Source of the DNA: a phage
Strand: one strand, 5' to 3'
NCBI GenBank assembly: GCA_012441205.1
Contig: GCA_012441205.1_4705.1
Length of the DNA: 64,000 nt
Below are positions 19,282 to 29,179 of the stretch, piece by piece. Positions within the stretch are counted from its first letter, which is position 1, and every line of letters begins with the position of its first letter. Position numbers and translations under genes: made by a program. The notes beneath the pieces were generated by a model. The model ran no database searches and was not told the DNA's origin. It worked only from the letters and a program-made list of their open reading frames with translations.

Positions 19282-20532
19282 AGCGTTGTATCCCTTAAGG
19301 ATCATCACGCTTAACCCGATGGTGTTATCCTGCGGATCGCGTTTAACCTTGGTGATTTCAAGACATTGGTTACTGCTTCGGTCAAGTGATGGGTTTCGAA
19401 CAAAGCCACACACAATCCCATCGAACGGTGTATCAGCAATAAGCTCATCGTGCAGCTCGCTCATCATTGGATGATAATTACGGACATGTTCCGCAACGAA
19501 CGCACGTGCTGCTCTTGGCGAATAACCACGATGGAATAACTTGGATTGGATATGTTCTTTATTGGTTAAAGTAAATGGTGCGTATGGGAAATGCAGATGA
19601 TAATAACGATGGTTTGCTGTTATCGAACTGATTACGGTACGCGTGGTGAATGGATGTAATGTACCTAATATGTTTTTACGTGTGATACCTTTCTTCTTAC
19701 CAATGAACTCATCGAAAATTGCTGCGTGGTATTGCAGTAGCTTCAATTGTACTTTCGCCATCCAGTTTTCTTTCTTTCTGGCGCTCAAAGGTGTTGTTGG
19801 GTGATAGATACTATTCAACGTACCGATAGCATCGATCGCACCTTCCATTTTGCTATCTGCATAACGACCGGTTGGCGTATTCTCGATAACGAACATCATG
19901 GCCGCAGGAAAGCTGATATACTGACTGAAGAACTTATCACGATGGATACGGATGAATTCTCGTAGCGTGTCAACTTTCTCCGTGTTCTTCGGTCCACGTA
20001 ACGTAGGTCCTTTATACAAGATCTCCATGATGCGATCGAAGTTCTGTATAAAGCTATTTACGCCACGTCGTATCCCGAATACATCGAATTGCTGCTCCAG
20101 ATAGTTCTTGAGTTCGATGGGTCGTTTTACATTTGGACGGTAACTGGCATCAATGAGCCACGTCATCGTTTCAAAGCTTTTGATATTCAACTCGCTTGCC
20201 AGCACGAGATGGACCAACGGGTTAATGAACGCATCAATTCCTTCAGGAACACGCGCCCAAACCGTCGAACGAATCTCTTGTTCTGCTGGATAGGTTACAA
20301 CCGTTTTACAGTTCGGACACACCGTACCGAGCAGCTCACCACGATTGTAGAAACCACAACCACATTGTGGTGTGATATCCAACGTATCGCTGGAGTAAAC
20401 ACGGGTGATAAAACTGTTTAATTTCTTCTTCTCTTCGACGACTTTTGTATCGTAATCATTCAACAAAATCGGCGTGAAAGGAAGTTCTGCGAGCTGTCTA
20501 TCGAAACTCACGATATCGAGCATGATGGCCAT
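19282..20532 (-). CDS. RNA polymerase beta-prime N-terminal-like subunit, exon 1 (ends ...KGYNA)
   Basis: zinc-finger CGCGFYNRGELLGTVCPNCKTVV matches beta-prime [41 protein letters not shown] matches NLLGKRVDYSGRSVI; the ORF runs to GYNA and then reads through into intron sequence. Confidence 0.75.
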
Positions 20533-20564
20533 GGGGTATCTCCTACAAATGAAAAAGAACGTTA

Positions 20565-20588
20565 GGACGTATAAGGGAGGGAGGTTGC
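20565..20588 (-). terminator. hairpin GGGAGGGAGG/CCTCCCTCCC after the chimallin-like gene
   Basis: 10-bp stem, 4-nt loop, then T-run in transcript sense. Confidence 0.55.
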
Positions 20589-20624
20589 CCTCCCTCCCGT
20601 CAGATTACATCGAACGTTCTTCCA

Positions 20625-22520
20625 TTAGAACAGGTTGAATGCCCCACCCATGTTGTTAACGCCAACATTCGGACGATCGCTACGTGCGTAGATGTTACCG
20701 GAGATGTTACCCAGACCACGAGCACGTGCTGCCATGTTACCACGAACAGCGGTACCTGCCAGATGCTGGATGTTCTCAGGACGGATGGTGAAGCCAGCAT
20801 CAGCAGCGGCCTCGATCAGCGCCTGCAGTGCTAACGGATCGAAGTCGTAACGCATTGCCCAGCCGGTTTGTTCCCAGCTACCAGACAGAACACGATCAAT
20901 GATTTCGTGACGAGCGACAACACGCTGAGACATCGTCATATCGGTACGGTCGAAGCTGTCTTCCCAAGCTTCTACGGTATCCGGGTTAGTGATGTTCATC
21001 ATGTACAGATCGTCCATATCACGAATATCGTGACGGTGACCATCCTGGTGGTTATAATGACCCAGCGGGATACGGTTACCGGTAGCGTAGACCAGTGGTG
21101 CGCCGTACTGATATTTCTTGCTGAAGCAACCCAGGGTAGTATCATCGAAGGCACGGAAGAGTGCTTTGTAACCTTCGGAGATTTCCCGGACTTCACCTTC
21201 AACTTTGCCCGTATAGATCTTCTCAGCCGCCGGGATCATACGCAGCAGCCAGCTGTATTCGCCTTCTTCCGGTACGTCGATAGAAATCAGCAGAGACGGA
21301 TACAGTACCTGTTGCAGGAACTTGTAAATCTGCTCGTTGGTTTGAGTAGACAGATCCAGCGGTGCGGTAACTTCCGGATCCAGTACCATCGCCAGAGCAC
21401 CCGGGTTATGCGGACCAATACCACGAGCAGCGTTGCTGATTAAAGACTGTGCCCACGCCATACCGCTGTTCAGCGTAGCGATGGTGCCAATCAGACCCAA
21501 CACGAAAGTGTTCGGCGTGAACGCATCCAGCTCCAGCGGGTAAGCGCTGGTCATCACGTAACGCGGTTGGTATTGTACAGTCGGCGGTACCGGATAACCG
21601 TTAACCAGAACAGGGCCTTGGTTGAAGGTCGGGTTCTGCGGGCTGTAGGTCAGGTCAATGTAACCGGTGGTTGCGACCAGACGCTGCTGACTATCGTAAT
21701 CGCTCATCGCTTGACGGATGCGGTTAGAGATAGTTACAGTGATGTCAGAACGCACAGGGTTACCAACAATATCGCTGTCCTGCATACCGCTGGTGTTGTA
21801 CTGAACGCTGCTGATTGGCTGATCGCTTGCCATCATGCCCAGGTTGAACTGCGGCAGACCCAGTTTATCGCCGAGACGGATTTCGATCGCGGTTTGGATT
21901 GCGTTATCTGCAGCAGACAGCAGGGTGGTTGCCAGATGCGCAGATTCAGCGGTGATTTCATTGGTCACCACAGCCAGACCAGCGATACGAGCAGTACCAT
22001 TAGACTTACCACCGATAGCTGCATACATTGCCGCCATGACTTCGTTGATGAACGTACCGTTCAGGTTATCAACCCAGGTACGCGGCACCAGAATGTTACC
22101 ATGCGGGCCTTGTTCTTCACGACGCGGCAGCGGAGCCAAACCGGCAACCAGTGGAAGCACATAACCGAAGAAGTGGTTATGGTCACCAACTTTTGCACCG
22201 CTCATAACAACCAGGGTCGGATACGGTACACTGTATTGGTTAGGATCGACGGTCACCATGATGAAGTCGTCTTTGAATCCTTTATCTTCCAGTTCTTTTT
22301 CCATCAGACGACGGAGATTCAGTACCTGCTCGGAGCCAGTATTACGGCTAATACGACGGCTCAGTGTACGGTTGATCGTACGCATCGTATGAGTTACTTT
22401 AGGCTGGCCAGCAAAATCTGCAGCGGTTTCCAGCGCCTCATCAGCACGTTGTGCGGTGCGGGTTTCAGCTGCACGAATTTCTACATTATCGTTACCGTTA
22501 TTACGTACGTCTAAGCCCAT
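20625..22520 (-). CDS. abundant early protein, candidate nuclear-shell (chimallin-like) protein
   Basis: 631 aa with flexible N/C tails, strong AAGAGGAA RBS, TATATTACC element about 75 nt upstream, lies directly upstream of the beta-prime-N gene; identity not verified. Confidence 0.35.
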   Translation of the reverse strand: MGLDVRNNGNDNVEIRAAETRTAQRADEALETAADFAGQPKVTHTMRTINRTLSRRISRNTGSEQVLNLRRLMEKELEDKGFKDDFIMVTVDPNQYSVPYPTLVVMSGAKVGDHNHFFGYVLPLVAGLAPLPRREEQGPHGNILVPRTWVDNLNGTFINEVMAAMYAAIGGKSNGTARIAGLAVVTNEITAESAHLATTLLSAADNAIQTAIEIRLGDKLGLPQFNLGMMASDQPISSVQYNTSGMQDSDIVGNPVRSDITVTISNRIRQAMSDYDSQQRLVATTGYIDLTYSPQNPTFNQGPVLVNGYPVPPTVQYQPRYVMTSAYPLELDAFTPNTFVLGLIGTIATLNSGMAWAQSLISNAARGIGPHNPGALAMVLDPEVTAPLDLSTQTNEQIYKFLQQVLYPSLLISIDVPEEGEYSWLLRMIPAAEKIYTGKVEGEVREISEGYKALFRAFDDTTLGCFSKKYQYGAPLVYATGNRIPLGHYNHQDGHRHDIRDMDDLYMMNITNPDTVEAWEDSFDRTDMTMSQRVVARHEIIDRVLSGSWEQTGWAMRYDFDPLALQALIEAAADAGFTIRPENIQHLAGTAVRGNMAARARGLGNISGNIYARSDRPNVGVNNMGGAFNLF

Positions 22521-22592
22521 TTGGGATTCCTCTTTTCTTAAACTTTATTAAATGACGTCATTGAATCAGCTTCTACTCGCTCATTCACCTAG

Positions 22593-22625
22593 GTAATATA
22601 ACCCTGAAATTTTTTTCAATATTGG
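22593..22625 (-). promoter_or_regulatory. candidate early promoter (TATATTACC element) for the chimallin-like gene
   Basis: plus-strand taggtaatataaccctgaaatttttttcaatatt; about 75 nt upstream of the ATG at 22520. Confidence 0.45.
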
Positions 22626-22747
22626 TGTAACCACATTGAACGATATAAACCCCTAGGCGAACGCTGCCGAGAAGCAACATTCTTTCTACATATAATCAGG
22701 ATATGTCTGTAAACTTTTACTTCTCTTATTGAGAGTAATGTCATATC

Positions 22748-22759
22748 CGTTTACCATCT
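22748..22759 (+). promoter_or_regulatory. conserved 12-mer CGTTTACCATCT in 5' leader
   Basis: identical 12-mer 15-16 nt upstream of two unrelated plus-strand genes. Confidence 0.35.
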
Positions 22760-22774
22760 TCTTACGGAGTTCGT

Positions 22775-23869
22775 ATGTTTCGTGTTTTAAATAACCTCCC
22801 GCGAACATCATCGGGTGTGCAACCCGTCCCTCAGAAAGACTATCTAATACGCGAAGTTCAAAGAAACCTACAGACAATCCAGAACCACTATCAAGGTTTT
22901 ACCTTCGCGGTTCAGAGCGATCACATCCTTGCGTTGCTGCTCGCACAGCTCCCTATGAGATACGACATCTCAGTACAAACTTACTACGACATGATTCTCG
23001 ATCTTACTCCAGAATTGGGTAATCGTGTTAAGTTGACAACATCAAGATACGCGGGTAAGTTATTCGACGGTGCTTTCTATCCGGGATTGCACGAAGCTAT
23101 TATCGCAACCGGTGAAAGTCGTCTTATTTCACGTGACGTTCTTGACAACTGGCGTAATTGGTCACCGGTTAGAATCGTGACGCACCCATACTCAAATCTT
23201 CGTTACATTCCTCTTCACCGAAAGCCGGTTGAAGAAGGACGAGGTTTTGCGGTCATTATGGTTGATGTACCTTTATTAGCGCTACAGTATCGAATGTGGT
23301 CTTTGGTCATGGGTCATAACGTCGACGGCAAATGGGTGGTTAAAGAACCGGTTACAAGCTTCCTTGCGAGTTTTCCGTTGGTTAACGCATTATACTCACA
23401 CAACGATGTTGTTATACGCAATCGTTGTTTGTGGGTATCTCCGGCTAAGAATCCACTCAAATCACCAATTTACGTTAACGACCTTGATAACGTATTCAGT
23501 CAAGTCGTTCTGTCCGTACAGCATCATTTATTACGAAGAAGACGAAGCTACACCGACATGCTTAAACAGATACCGAGTTTATACGGGGATCAGTACCAAG
23601 CAACCCGAATGGGTTACACCGTCGATCTTCGGCAAACGCGATGGGCAAGGGATCTGGGTTGTCTGTCATTATGGCAACAACTCGTCACGTTGCAAAACGT
23701 ATCTGAAAGCGTCGGGTTCAGCAGTCAAATCGATAATGACCTGTACCGTGCTGCCGACCGGAGTCTAAAAGAAGGTAACTGGGAGTCCTCTCCGTTACCT
23801 GGCGATTTAAGACGTGAAGTTATCGCACAGGTTGCCGACCTCTTAAAAATTCTTCCCGCTGGTGCATAA
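22775..23869 (+). CDS. hypothetical protein
   Basis: 364-aa plus-strand ORF, ACGGAG RBS, conserved 12-mer in leader. Confidence 0.5.
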   Translation: MFRVLNNLPRTSSGVQPVPQKDYLIREVQRNLQTIQNHYQGFTFAVQSDHILALLLAQLPMRYDISVQTYYDMILDLTPELGNRVKLTTSRYAGKLFDGAFYPGLHEAIIATGESRLISRDVLDNWRNWSPVRIVTHPYSNLRYIPLHRKPVEEGRGFAVIMVDVPLLALQYRMWSLVMGHNVDGKWVVKEPVTSFLASFPLVNALYSHNDVVIRNRCLWVSPAKNPLKSPIYVNDLDNVFSQVVLSVQHHLLRRRRSYTDMLKQIPSLYGDQYQATRMGYTVDLRQTRWARDLGCLSLWQQLVTLQNVSESVGFSSQIDNDLYRAADRSLKEGNWESSPLPGDLRREVIAQVADLLKILPAGA

Positions 23870-23897
23870 TAACCTCCCTCCTCCCTTGCATCCTCCC

Positions 23898-23929
23898 AAC
23901 CCGTAAGGGAAGGGAGGATGGGGTGGTGG
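23898..23929. terminator. hairpin between convergent genes
   Basis: 9-bp stem catcctccc/gggaggatg. Confidence 0.45.
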
Positions 23930-23935
23930 GTTATG

Positions 23936-26089
23936 TTACTCTGCGGTTTCTTGCTTCGGTAAATAACTTGCTGCGATGTCTTGGGCTAACAATGTATTGT
24001 TTTTATTCGAGATGAAAATACCATAACTTTCCATTAACGCGTAATACGAACGCACGAGCGTAGAGATCAATCGACGAATATCCATACCTTGAATAAAGAT
24101 ATCAGGAAGCCCGGAGGCTTCGATCACCGGTAATGGTATCGTTAAGTTGCTTATCGTTTTCTTATCGTTACGTACAATCCAATCACGGAAACGTTGTTGT
24201 AACCCTTTATCCTCCCAGGAATCAATCCAATCGTTAAGAAGCGTTTTGTTCTTCGTCGCCAACGGCACACGAACCCCAACATAGGGTGGTTCCTGGCAAT
24301 GGCCGTACGATTGAGCAAACACCTCTTCCCACATATCGTAAGACTGTTTCGTTACTGCAACATGCGGTTTCACTTTAACACGTGTTAAGAAATCAGGATC
24401 ACCACGTTTCATGGACTCAACGATTTCGTTTTCTAACGAGATAATATCGTCAAGAACCAATCGAATGCTGATCTTCTCGTTACGTAACAGCTTATCCATG
24501 ATACCACACATCATGCGTTCAACACGTTTGACGATCATTTTTGGTGCTGACGCATCGCGCATAACCGGACCTTTCAATTCCAGCTTCGGTGGATTGATGG
24601 GAACCCCTTCACGCATGGTCATGTATCCGTAATAGTTTTTACCCATCGAGGTTAACGACAGAATCAAGAACATATATTCGTTCTTCATTTCCATTACGTA
24701 CATATGCTCTTTCGCTACACCGATATTACCAGAACACATCGCCATCAGATGAACCGTAATCTGCGTAACCAGATAGATAAGCGTATTTGCTAAGCGCGTC
24801 GAAATTGGATTGATCTCCATATTTCCAAATCGCCACTGAACCCACTCCTGGCAGGTAAACACCGTCGAGTCGGTATCAGACAACACACCCACTTCACGGA
24901 TTGCTGACGGAAAAGCATAAACACCGGCCGGTTGGTTCTCGGTACGCCATAACGCCTTAATTAAATCAGCGTAGCTTTGGATGCGTTGCAACATTAATTT
25001 TGTCGTTGCTGCAGTAAGACGATAACCAAGTTCATTTCCTTTTTCCAGAGCTACGTAAATCGCTTCCCCGTTCAAGAACTCCGTGCATTGTGCCGTAATC
25101 CAAGCGACCGTGTTGTTATCCATGGAAGCAATAATGGCTTTAGCCTCTTCCATCGTTTCAACAGGTTCGGATGCCAGCTCGCATAACGAATCAAGAAAAT
25201 CTCGAACAAATTCAGGATTAAGCTCACGTAACGAGTACAGGTTATTGCTATACATGTAGCAGGCGCGTTCCAGTGGGGTTAAACCGGTAATTAACTCCCG
25301 GATAGTCAGTTCTTTCTCTGGGTCGAAAGTATACCGATGCAAGCATTTCGATACGTTAGCCCAAACCTCTTCCGGCGTAGGGTAATGTAGTTTGTATTTT
25401 ACCATTACCTGTTCAATGGCTTTACGATCGCTGTTGCGGACAATACTCACGATGTTTTCAATTGCGATATCACAATCGTAATAATGGAAATTGCCCGCAA
25501 GGAAGCGTTCGTTGTTCGCATTGGCTGAACCTGAAGCACAGCGACACGTTGTCGTTAAACTTGGATGCGCAATTGGATTATAAAAAGGGTTAAACTTGGA
25601 CGCCTGGGTTCCTGACAAACTGTTGTTATCTAACTTGGTGTTGGTTTGTCGTTTATCGTGTAACTCAGCTTCATCTTTACGTCCGTGTGCTTGCGCTATC
25701 GACATTTGTTTCTTTTGTTTCTTACGCAACTTACCGTTTTCAACCGCAAAGTCGCTTAGCACACTGGAACGTGTTTCACGTGGATAACAGTTAGCCCACA
25801 CCGGCGTGATAATTAAATTATTTTCTTTAATATCATTGAAGTATTGGCTGAACATGATGACTTCTTTTTCTCGATTTCCTTCGGTGCGCTGTGTTAATAC
25901 AAGGCAGTCGGGATCAACCATCCCGTATTTTCCACCAGGACGAACCGTATCAAGGACAAACTGCAACGCTTCCTGCTGTGATATCCCACGCATGCGCATT
26001 AAGAACAGGGTATAATCCTGTACCGCTTCTTTGGTCATATCCAACGTACGGCCATATCCGTTTTCATCGTAAAAGAACGGATTTTCCAT
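23936..26089 (-). CDS. large hypothetical protein with polymerase palm-like motifs (SDTDS then KNYYGY)
   Basis: 717 aa; DTDS and a K-x-Y motif about 80 aa later resemble family-B DNA polymerase motif C and KxY; motif A not clearly found. Confidence 0.3.
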   Translation of the reverse strand: MENPFFYDENGYGRTLDMTKEAVQDYTLFLMRMRGISQQEALQFVLDTVRPGGKYGMVDPDCLVLTQRTEGNREKEVIMFSQYFNDIKENNLIITPVWANCYPRETRSSVLSDFAVENGKLRKKQKKQMSIAQAHGRKDEAELHDKRQTNTKLDNNSLSGTQASKFNPFYNPIAHPSLTTTCRCASGSANANNERFLAGNFHYYDCDIAIENIVSIVRNSDRKAIEQVMVKYKLHYPTPEEVWANVSKCLHRYTFDPEKELTIRELITGLTPLERACYMYSNNLYSLRELNPEFVRDFLDSLCELASEPVETMEEAKAIIASMDNNTVAWITAQCTEFLNGEAIYVALEKGNELGYRLTAATTKLMLQRIQSYADLIKALWRTENQPAGVYAFPSAIREVGVLSDTDSTVFTCQEWVQWRFGNMEINPISTRLANTLIYLVTQITVHLMAMCSGNIGVAKEHMYVMEMKNEYMFLILSLTSMGKNYYGYMTMREGVPINPPKLELKGPVMRDASAPKMIVKRVERMMCGIMDKLLRNEKISIRLVLDDIISLENEIVESMKRGDPDFLTRVKVKPHVAVTKQSYDMWEEVFAQSYGHCQEPPYVGVRVPLATKNKTLLNDWIDSWEDKGLQQRFRDWIVRNDKKTISNLTIPLPVIEASGLPDIFIQGMDIRRLISTLVRSYYALMESYGIFISNKNNTLLAQDIAASYLPKQETAE

Positions 26090-26164
26090 AAATCCTCCAA
26101 AAGTTATTTAGTCTGTCTACATCATCTCGTATATCTGTTAAAAAAGAAGGACGGCATAAAAAAG

Positions 26165-26192
26165 AACCGATCCAGCCGAAGCCAGATCGGTT
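26165..26192 (-). terminator. hairpin aaccgatc/gatcggtt followed by U-run
   Basis: 8-bp stem, TTCTTTTTTAT downstream in minus sense. Confidence 0.45.
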
Positions 26193-26388
26193 AAAAAGGA
26201 TAATAACTGACAGAAAGATATCGATGATGTTCGTGAAACAAGATCTTCTCTCGTGTACAATGATGCTAGATCAGAGGGAGGTTGTAACACGAGAGGTGGT
26301 CCGCCAAAGAAGGAATAAAAAACACGAACCTATCTTATTTCACTGATGGCACTAACCACTCAAAATATATAGTACCGTATGTAAAAGT

Positions 26389-26802
26389 TTACTGATTAAT
26401 CAAGTCGTTAGCAACAATCTTGGTGTAACCCGCCTGATTAAGAATTTGATTAATTTTCGTCACGTCGGTCGCATCCTCAATAACGATGCTGGGTTTATAG
26501 ATCAGCGTCTTGGTAACGACGATTGTACTCTCCTTAATCCAAGGAATCCCTAGAATCACATACTCACCATCGGCTGTAATGACCTCGACGTAATTGTATT
26601 TCGTCGGATCGTTCGGTACACTAGACGGGAGCCGGGAATAAATCTGTTGGTGAATGGCGTCTACATCACGACCGTTACGTACAGCTGTGCGATAATTGTA
26701 CACAGCGCTAATTTCTACTCCGTTGAAGTTAACCCCAAGTTCTGGGGCGTACACATCAAAACTCACAACAGAGCCAATCTTTTCTAAATCAGAAGCTGGC
26801 AT
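26389..26802 (-). CDS. hypothetical protein
   Basis: 137-aa ORF. Confidence 0.45.
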   Translation of the reverse strand: MPASDLEKIGSVVSFDVYAPELGVNFNGVEISAVYNYRTAVRNGRDVDAIHQQIYSRLPSSVPNDPTKYNYVEVITADGEYVILGIPWIKESTIVVTKTLIYKPSIVIEDATDVTKINQILNQAGYTKIVANDLINQ

Positions 26803-27334
26803 AATAGCATCCTTTATTTAAAATGTATTCATATCCGAAAGTCGTCGCTGACCAGACCCGGATAGATGATAGTGTTCCGCCACGATAAAACGTTTTTGTG
26901 AATTCCATATCCTGGACAACACGATAATAAACACGTCCGATAATACGCACGATAAGGTTTCGTGATAACGATCTCTCCTCGCAGTATTCATCGATAAAGT
27001 CATCGTCGATATCCGATAAGACAACATCCGCAATTTCTTGCAGTAGATTCCTCATCAGCATCTGCCTTCCTTCGGTACCCCACCCAGACAAACAGTAATC
27101 GTCTTCTGCCTGACTATAGATGTCGTTAACCGCCTGTTCGAGCAGTTGCTCAAGATAGTAGTCATCGCGTTTTATAACGTGGCGACGGCGCTCAGTGGCG
27201 TATTTTTCCATCCTGTGTTTCTCTTGTTCGGCGTATGTATTAACGACGCCACAGTCTTTTCTGGATCGTCCCACAATGCGCGACGAAAACTGGATACTAC
27301 CATAACGGTAGGATAGATTTGTACAACCTCCCAT
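26789..27334 (-). CDS. hypothetical protein (start uncertain; overlaps next ORF in another frame)
   Basis: 181-aa ORF overlapping 27172..27660. Confidence 0.3.
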   Translation of the reverse strand: MGGCTNLSYRYGSIQFSSRIVGRSRKDCGVVNTYAEQEKHRMEKYATERRRHVIKRDDYYLEQLLEQAVNDIYSQAEDDYCLSGWGTEGRQMLMRNLLQEIADVVLSDIDDDFIDEYCEERSLSRNLIVRIIGRVYYRVVQDMEFTKTFYRGGTLSSIRVWSATTFGYEYILNKGCYYASF

Positions 27335-27660
27335 CCGTAACGATGTGCGTTAGTCGTACGTCCGACATTGAACAGACATAACTGATTTAAGAAACAGAGC
27401 TGCATCTTCGTAAACAACACCATATCTTCACGTTTAACGTATCCGAGGATATATGCATTCTCGAACGCCTCGCGTGACAAGACGGGACGATTAAGATACC
27501 GTAACGCTAATACCAACAACGTTGTTATGCGCAACGGATCTTCTGGGTCATTCATGGTGCTCAGCTCTGCTTGTAACCAGTCAGGGATAGTAACCGTCAG
27601 ACGATAGGTATCTGTTCCACGATCAACCACATTCAATGTTGAAAAAGGCAACATATCCAT
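27172..27660 (-). CDS. hypothetical protein
   Basis: 162-aa ORF. Confidence 0.4.
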   Translation of the reverse strand: MDMLPFSTLNVVDRGTDTYRLTVTIPDWLQAELSTMNDPEDPLRITTLLVLALRYLNRPVLSREAFENAYILGYVKREDMVLFTKMQLCFLNQLCLFNVGRTTNAHRYGWEVVQIYPTVMVVSSFRRALWDDPEKTVASLIHTPNKRNTGWKNTPLSAVATL

Positions 27661-28117
27661 GAATTCCTTCTAGCTCGAGGTTGTTCTCGCCGGTCTTCGG
27701 TAATAACCCACTGGCCGTTAACATCTGTGTCATCGAGTAGTCAAAGCACGGGAATATCAGGTTAACGGTTTCCTGGATCGCGTCAACATAACTATAAATG
27801 GCTTCATAATACTCACCGTCATGATCTACGCTAACCAGTTCCTGACACAGTTCTTCGCTTATCATTTCATATACCGGCGGATACCACGATTGAAATGGTC
27901 GCTGCATACGTAACGACCAATACTCGTACGTCGTATACTGAAGCACGTCGTAAGCCGATACGTTAATGCGGTCGAAGAAAGCATACTTGTCCATATGCTG
28001 ATACAACATCGCCAGCACGGTTTCCAAGCACACCGATATCCGCACGCCGTCATCTTTCCCGTTAAGAAAATTAGGTTTCTGCCGATAACGCACAAATGCC
28101 GACGGCTTTGATTGCAT
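27623..28117 (-). CDS. hypothetical protein
   Basis: start set at MQSKPS where ATG overlaps the upstream stop (TAATG). Confidence 0.4.
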   Translation of the reverse strand: MQSKPSAFVRYRQKPNFLNGKDDGVRISVCLETVLAMLYQHMDKYAFFDRINVSAYDVLQYTTYEYWSLRMQRPFQSWYPPVYEMISEELCQELVSVDHDGEYYEAIYSYVDAIQETVNLIFPCFDYSMTQMLTASGLLPKTGENNLELEGIHGYVAFFNIECG

Positions 28118-28800
28118 TATTCCACCACCAACCATAACGTCATACTCGTATCTAACGTAAAATTGAAATGCCACCAATCTTCTACACGTGGAATCCACGT
28201 ACGAAGGATTTGGTTAACTTCGCTTCGCATCACCGATAAACGACAACGAAAATCGAACTTCTCATCATGACCGTAGTCTTCATGCATGAAAACTTCATCC
28301 AAAACGAACTCAAGTTGCATGTCGACATCACGACCAGAGATATTCCGTTTGTACAGATACAGTTCAATCGTGTCGTAAAGCAACGTATGAATATCATAAT
28401 TTCCGTTCGGTGAGAAATAAGGTAATCGCTCATCGAGCATCGAAAACAGATATTCACTGTAGTTTAATAACGGGATGATGTACCGACGTCCGGTCTGTGG
28501 TGCGCGAATATGTATCGAAACCTGACTTGGACGCGGAATAGCCGACGGCTTAGAATCGTCTCTCTGAAATTGCTCTAAAGATCGCAACAAAGGTGGCCGC
28601 ATTGTAACTCTCCAACGCCCAATTGTAAGGCCCTTCCAACATGTGTTCCCATACGTGAATAAACTCGCTACCGAAGACAGGCTCCAGCGCCATGGTGAGA
28701 TTCGTAAGTTCTGACGCGGCCGCATGGTAAGCATCAACATGTCTTTCCATTGACGGATCGTCTTCATTGAAAATACGTTCTGTGTCGCCAGCCCGCTCAA
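28117..28800 (-). CDS. hypothetical protein (N-terminal extent uncertain)
   Basis: 227-aa ORF; N-terminal part overlaps 28550..29179 in another frame. Confidence 0.35.
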   Translation of the reverse strand: MSGLATQNVFSMKTIRQWKDMLMLTMRPRQNLRISPWRWSLSSVASLFTYGNTCWKGLTIGRWRVTMRPPLLRSLEQFQRDDSKPSAIPRPSQVSIHIRAPQTGRRYIIPLLNYSEYLFSMLDERLPYFSPNGNYDIHTLLYDTIELYLYKRNISGRDVDMQLEFVLDEVFMHEDYGHDEKFDFRCRLSVMRSEVNQILRTWIPRVEDWWHFNFTLDTSMTLWLVVE

Positions 28801-29179
28801 TAAGTTCGGTAATGAGATCTGTCCATGTCTCGTGACACGTCATCATTTCCTGTTCTCGACTTAGTATGCCGATGTCTGCGTGGACGCTGGACTCGAACCG
28901 GTCTAAAAGGACCCGAAGAACGTGCACCTTGTCGATGTATTTCACCGTTATCCAAGAAAGCGGTTGCCACCGACTCAGCATCCATCCGGTACTCGGGAAC
29001 CCCAAACTCATATAGTACGGGTTGCACCGGACCGAAGACGGAGCGACGTTGTTTAAATCGTTCCTTAAGGGCAAGGCCTTGTTTAATATAAACGGGTTCA
29101 TTGGCGAGTTGTTCCGCTTTTCGTTTTGCGTGAGCCAATCGAAGTTCTTCCAATTGCCCAAGCCATTCAAATTGTTCAT
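28550..29179 (-). CDS. hypothetical protein (frame conflict with neighbours)
   Basis: 209-aa ORF with protein-like C-terminal half. Confidence 0.3.
   Translation of the reverse strand: MNNLNGLGNWKNFDWLTQNEKRNNSPMNPFILNKALPLRNDLNNVAPSSVRCNPYYMSLGFPSTGWMLSRWQPLSWITVKYIDKVHVLRVLLDRFESSVHADIGILSREQEMMTCHETWTDLITELIERAGDTERIFNEDDPSMERHVDAYHAAASELTNLTMALEPVFGSEFIHVWEHMLEGPYNWALESYNAATFVAIFRAISERRF

Noticed and set aside
20625-22520. 631-aa abundant protein as major capsid protein
   Set aside because: It has a TATATTACC element upstream and lies next to the early RNAP gene rather than in the sheath/tube/terminase block; a shell protein is more consistent, though unverified.
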